Shown here in pieces: positions 60,434-64,000 of a stretch of 64,000 nt of DNA (the stretch's first letter is position 1; every line of letters starts with the position of its first letter). The notes beneath the pieces are model-generated. The model did no database searches. It saw nothing but the letters and a program-made list of their open reading frames with translations, and was not told the origin of the DNA. This DNA comes from Tricharina praecox (taxonomy: Eukaryota): assembly GCF_024521635.1 (NCBI RefSeq), contig NW_026250408.1, positions 1,302,001-1,366,000 of the forward strand, read 5' to 3'. The position numbers and the translations under genes are program-made.

Positions 60434-61262
60434 GAGTTTTTGCCCATGTGGTTTTTCTCGAACTCGGGCAGGTAGTAGGATGAAGGGGTTGGAGGACTTC
60501 ATCCACAGTTATCAAGCTAGGATAAAGGCGAGGACTTGGGTGCTTCGGGCCGAAGCCTCGTGGGAGGGGAGATGGTGTGACACCCCGATAGGTATCGGAG
60601 GTCACGACGGTCGCAAGAGATGTGATTAGATAGTTCGGGTGATTAGAATAGAGTTGCGAGCCGAAAGGATAGTTAGAAGCGATCAAGGACAAGATAGGAA
60701 GGAGGGAGCAAACGGATTCCAGAGTCTAGACAGTGATCGGAGATGCGGGAGATCGGGATAACAGTCCAGAGGACTTTGAGATCTCCGATCATAGGGCCCC
60801 GCAGTAGGAACTCCGATCCAGGAAAAAACTGTTATGACGAGAATCGAACATCGACCGATGGGGGCAGACAACTTCGAGCGAAGAACTCTGCCGGCGCATG
60901 AGGGAGATAATTGCTCGGAAACTCCGATCTATCTTGGGCGCGTGGTGTTTACCACCTGCCTAGTCGAGAAGACTATCCGACGAGAGCTGACGACGACTCA
61001 AGGCTAGGCCGCGGAACTCCGATGCAAAGGAAGCAACGGAGCTACGTTAGGCCGCACTCTAGAGGAATCACGTGCTGAGGATCGGGACGACTATAAGTCG
61101 AACCGAGCGGGCAACCGAACAAACTACAATCATCGCACCGAACAAACCATCGAACAAACACCCTTAAGATTATTCCGTTGTGAATCATCGAAATCCCTGA
61201 CTTTTATTCTATCCTCAATATTACCATAGACTCCGACGACACAAACCCGTCCCAGTCTCACA

Positions 61263-64000
61263 CCTACTTGATAAGCCGGTGCCTCCTGACGATGTTGATC
61301 TGCATACTTGCGCATTCGTTCGCGCGTTCGTTCGAGGGTCTTGATGTTTTCCTCGTGGACTGTATGCATCCAGTGAGCGTAGACCTTGCTGGCGGGGTTG
61401 AGAGAATTTGCCGCAGCAGGGTTTGTCGCCGACGGGTGGTATCCGAAATTCGCATAGAAGGGCGACATTCCGGTTGCCGATGTAACCGAGTTGTTGTAGG
61501 CAAACTCAGCCATCGGTAGGAGATTCACCCAATCGTTCTGTTCGTAGTTGACGAAGGAGCGGAGGTATGCTTCGATCGTCTGGTTGAGGCGTTCGGTTTG
61601 TCCATCCGTCTGTGGGTGGAACGCTGTTGACATCCGGGGCTTAATGCCTAGCAGCCGGATGAATTCTTTCCATGTACCCGAGGTAAACCGTAAGTCTCGG
61701 TCCGACACTATGTCTGCTGGTAATCCGTGAAAGCGCCATATCTCGCGGGCAAAAATATTCGCGAGATCCTCGGCTATCTTTCCATCCTTAGGTAGGGGGA
61801 TGAAATGCGCCATCTTGGTGAAGCGGTCGACGACCACCCATAGCTGGTCGCATCCGTTGGATTCCGGTAGGTCGGTAATGAAGTCCATGGCTATTGATTG
61901 CCATGGGGTGTATGGTAACTCGAGGGGATTGAGTAGTCCATACGGCTGGTGCCTTGTTGCTTTGTCCTTCTGACACTGCGCGCAACTCCGGACGAAGTCT
62001 ATAATCTGCTCGTCCATCTTTGGCCACCAGAAATTGCGTCGGATAAGTTCGATAGTCTTGTCCTGGCCCATATGCCCCGCGACTTTCGTATCGTGTTCCG
62101 ACTCGAGGATGTGTCTGACGAGTTCCTTATCGTCTGGTACCCATAGCCTTTCTTTCCTATACAGGCACCCCTCTTCCATCCTCAAAATCCTGGCCTTTCG
62201 GCCCATCCTGCCGGAGTCCCTACTCTCGGCGGCCAGTTCCCAGGCCTTTCGGCCCTCCGACTCAGTGTCCTTCTGAGCCGCGTCCTCGTTCGTGTCCTTG
62301 ATGCTGCTCAGAGCCTCCTGATACCCAGCATCTTCCTTTCCTGCCTTCCTGACCCAACCCAGAAATTCTTCATTCCACTTTGGCACGGGGATTGATTGTA
62401 GCCGAGTTGACGAAACCAGGAACACGGTGCTTTCGCCTCCGGTGCTGATTGATGAAACTCTCGAATCGTCGCCTGCAAAGTGTGATTTATGCAGGATCGT
62501 CGTAATCGGCTGATCTTCACCCCCCCCTTTTTCAGGGCGGTACTCCGGGCGCCTGGATAATTCGTCAGGCTTGCCGTTCTGGCTGCCGGGCCGGTAGTAG
62601 ATTTTGAAGTCGATGCCAGCGAGTTCTTGTGCCCATCTCGCCTGCCGTCGATTGAGTACTTTCGTGGTTGTGAAGTACTCAAGGTTCTGGTGGTCGCTGT
62701 ACACCTGGATCTGGTGTTTTGCTCCCTCAAGGTATTGCCGCCAGCGTTTGAAAGAGTCTAGTATCGCGAGTAGTTCCTTATCGTGAATCTCAAAGTTGAT
62801 TTCGGCTGGGGTAAACTTTCTTGAGTGGAACGCAACTGGGTGTAACTTCCCATCCTCTGTCTTTTGAGACAGGACCGCGCCCAACGCGAAGTCCGAAGCG
62901 TCGGATTCCACCACGACAGGTAATTCTGGGTTGAAGTGCCCGAGAATCGGTGCCGTGGTGAACCTAGACTTCAGCTCCTCGAAGGCGAGTTCCATCTCCG
63001 CTGTCCATCTCCAATCCTTCCCTTTTTCTTTTGTGCTCTCGGTCAAGGGTCTCGTGATCTTTGAGAAATCCTTGATGAAGCGCCTGTAAAAATTGGCGAA
63101 CCCAACAAAGGCTTGTACTTTCTTGAGGGACCGCGGCGCCTCCCACGAGAGCACAGATTCCACCTTGTCTTTAGCCATCTCAATTCCATCTTGGGATATC
63201 ACGTATCCTAGGAACTCGACTCTCCCTGTCCACCAGACACACTTCTCTGGTGAGAGTGCCCACTTATTTTCTTCCAACCTTTTTAGTACCTCGATGACTA
63301 TCTTGTCATGCTCCTCGTGCGTCTTCGCATAGATGAGGAGGTCATCGATGTACGCGACCAGTCCCAGGTCCAACATATCCCGAAATATGTGGTTAATCAT
63401 ATCCTGAAACGTCGCTGGAGCGTTGGTCAGCCCAAACGGCATGACCAAAAACTCAAACAGTCCGTATCGACAGCGGAAAGCCGTCTTCCACTCGTCACCT
63501 TCCTTGATGCGGATAAGGTGATAGCCATTCTTCAGATCAATCTTGGTGAAGACTTTCGCACCCCTGACTCGGTCTTGCAACTCTGCCATGATCGGGAGTG
63601 GGTAGCGATTGGCTACGGTAATCTTGTTGATACCGCGATAGTCGACACACAATCGGAGACCCTTGCCGTGCGCCTTTGGTACAAATAATATCGGCGCCCC
63701 GGCTGGTGATTTGGATCTTCGAATCTTGCCTGTCTGGAGCATCTCCTTGAGCCACTCCCTGAGGGCCTCAAGTTCTTTCTCTGACAGCGCATAGATAGGA
63801 CCCCATGGAGGAGTCTCTCCTTCCTTGAGGTCGATTGCGTGGCCGTAGGACTTGTGGTCGGGAAGCTTATCGGCTGCTTCCTTGCTCATGATGTTGGCAT
63901 ATCGTCTGAACTTCTCCGGAAGCAGATTTATGGGTGGATCTGATTCCGGGCCAGCTGAGACGTATCCGATAATGCGAGCCTCCGAATTGTGAACGACAGA
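61263..64000 (-). pseudogene. pol: B5 pol (RT-RH-INT), open but cut at PAYQVG by the B4 3' LTR; extends past the window end
   Basis: ORF 61130-63889 matches B Pol up to 61263 and then reads into the LTR. Confidence 0.9.

Larger units (their letters stand above)
53897..61262 (+). mobile_element. B4: full-length family-B element with open ORFs but no TSD
   Basis: LTRs 53897-54585 and 60576-61262. PPT GGGAGGGGAGATGG at 60562-60575. Flanks GAACC and CCTAC do not match. Confidence 0.95.

Noticed and set aside
60434..60575. Possible env-like third ORF in family B
   Set aside because: Only ~140 bp lie between the pol stop and the 3' LTR.
61130..61262. Novel C-terminus on the 919-aa Pol ORF
   Set aside because: It is read-through into the antisense strand of the B4 LTR after truncation.
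1..64000. Orientation bias of nested insertions; CRISPR arrays, tRNA/rRNA or host genes
   Set aside because: Nested insertions occur in both orientations. I saw no spacer-repeat arrays, structural RNA genes or non-retroelement proteins.

Overview
The window is almost entirely nested Ty3/Gypsy (Metaviridae, chromovirus Tf1/sushi-type) LTR retrotransposons and probably comes from a filamentous ascomycete. I found no host genes. Two families dominate. Family A has ~509-559 bp LTRs (TGTCACGG...GTTACA) and every copy is defective. Family B has ~689 bp LTRs (TGTGACACCC...TCTCACA), and two copies keep open gag (667 aa) and pol (1269 aa): B1 at 19901-27267 (-) and B4 at 53897-61262 (+). Minor components are a B-related 739 bp solo LTR (C), a 408 bp TRIM-like mini-element with ~110 bp LTRs (D) and a diverged LTR remnant. 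Most insertions can be ordered by their 5-bp target-site duplications (TSDs), giving nests up to four levels deep. Main observations: (1) families A, B and D carry Tf1-type self-priming PBSs, and B shows a compensatory base change; (2) the self-priming TRIM-like element D; (3) two cases (A1/A2 and B1/B4) where inverted copies share 5'-LTR-specific and 3'-LTR-specific alleles, which implies DNA-level copying between LTRs rather than retrotransposition; (4) family-specific -1 frameshift signals. Family and element names (A1, B2 and so on) are my own labels. All alignments were done by eye.
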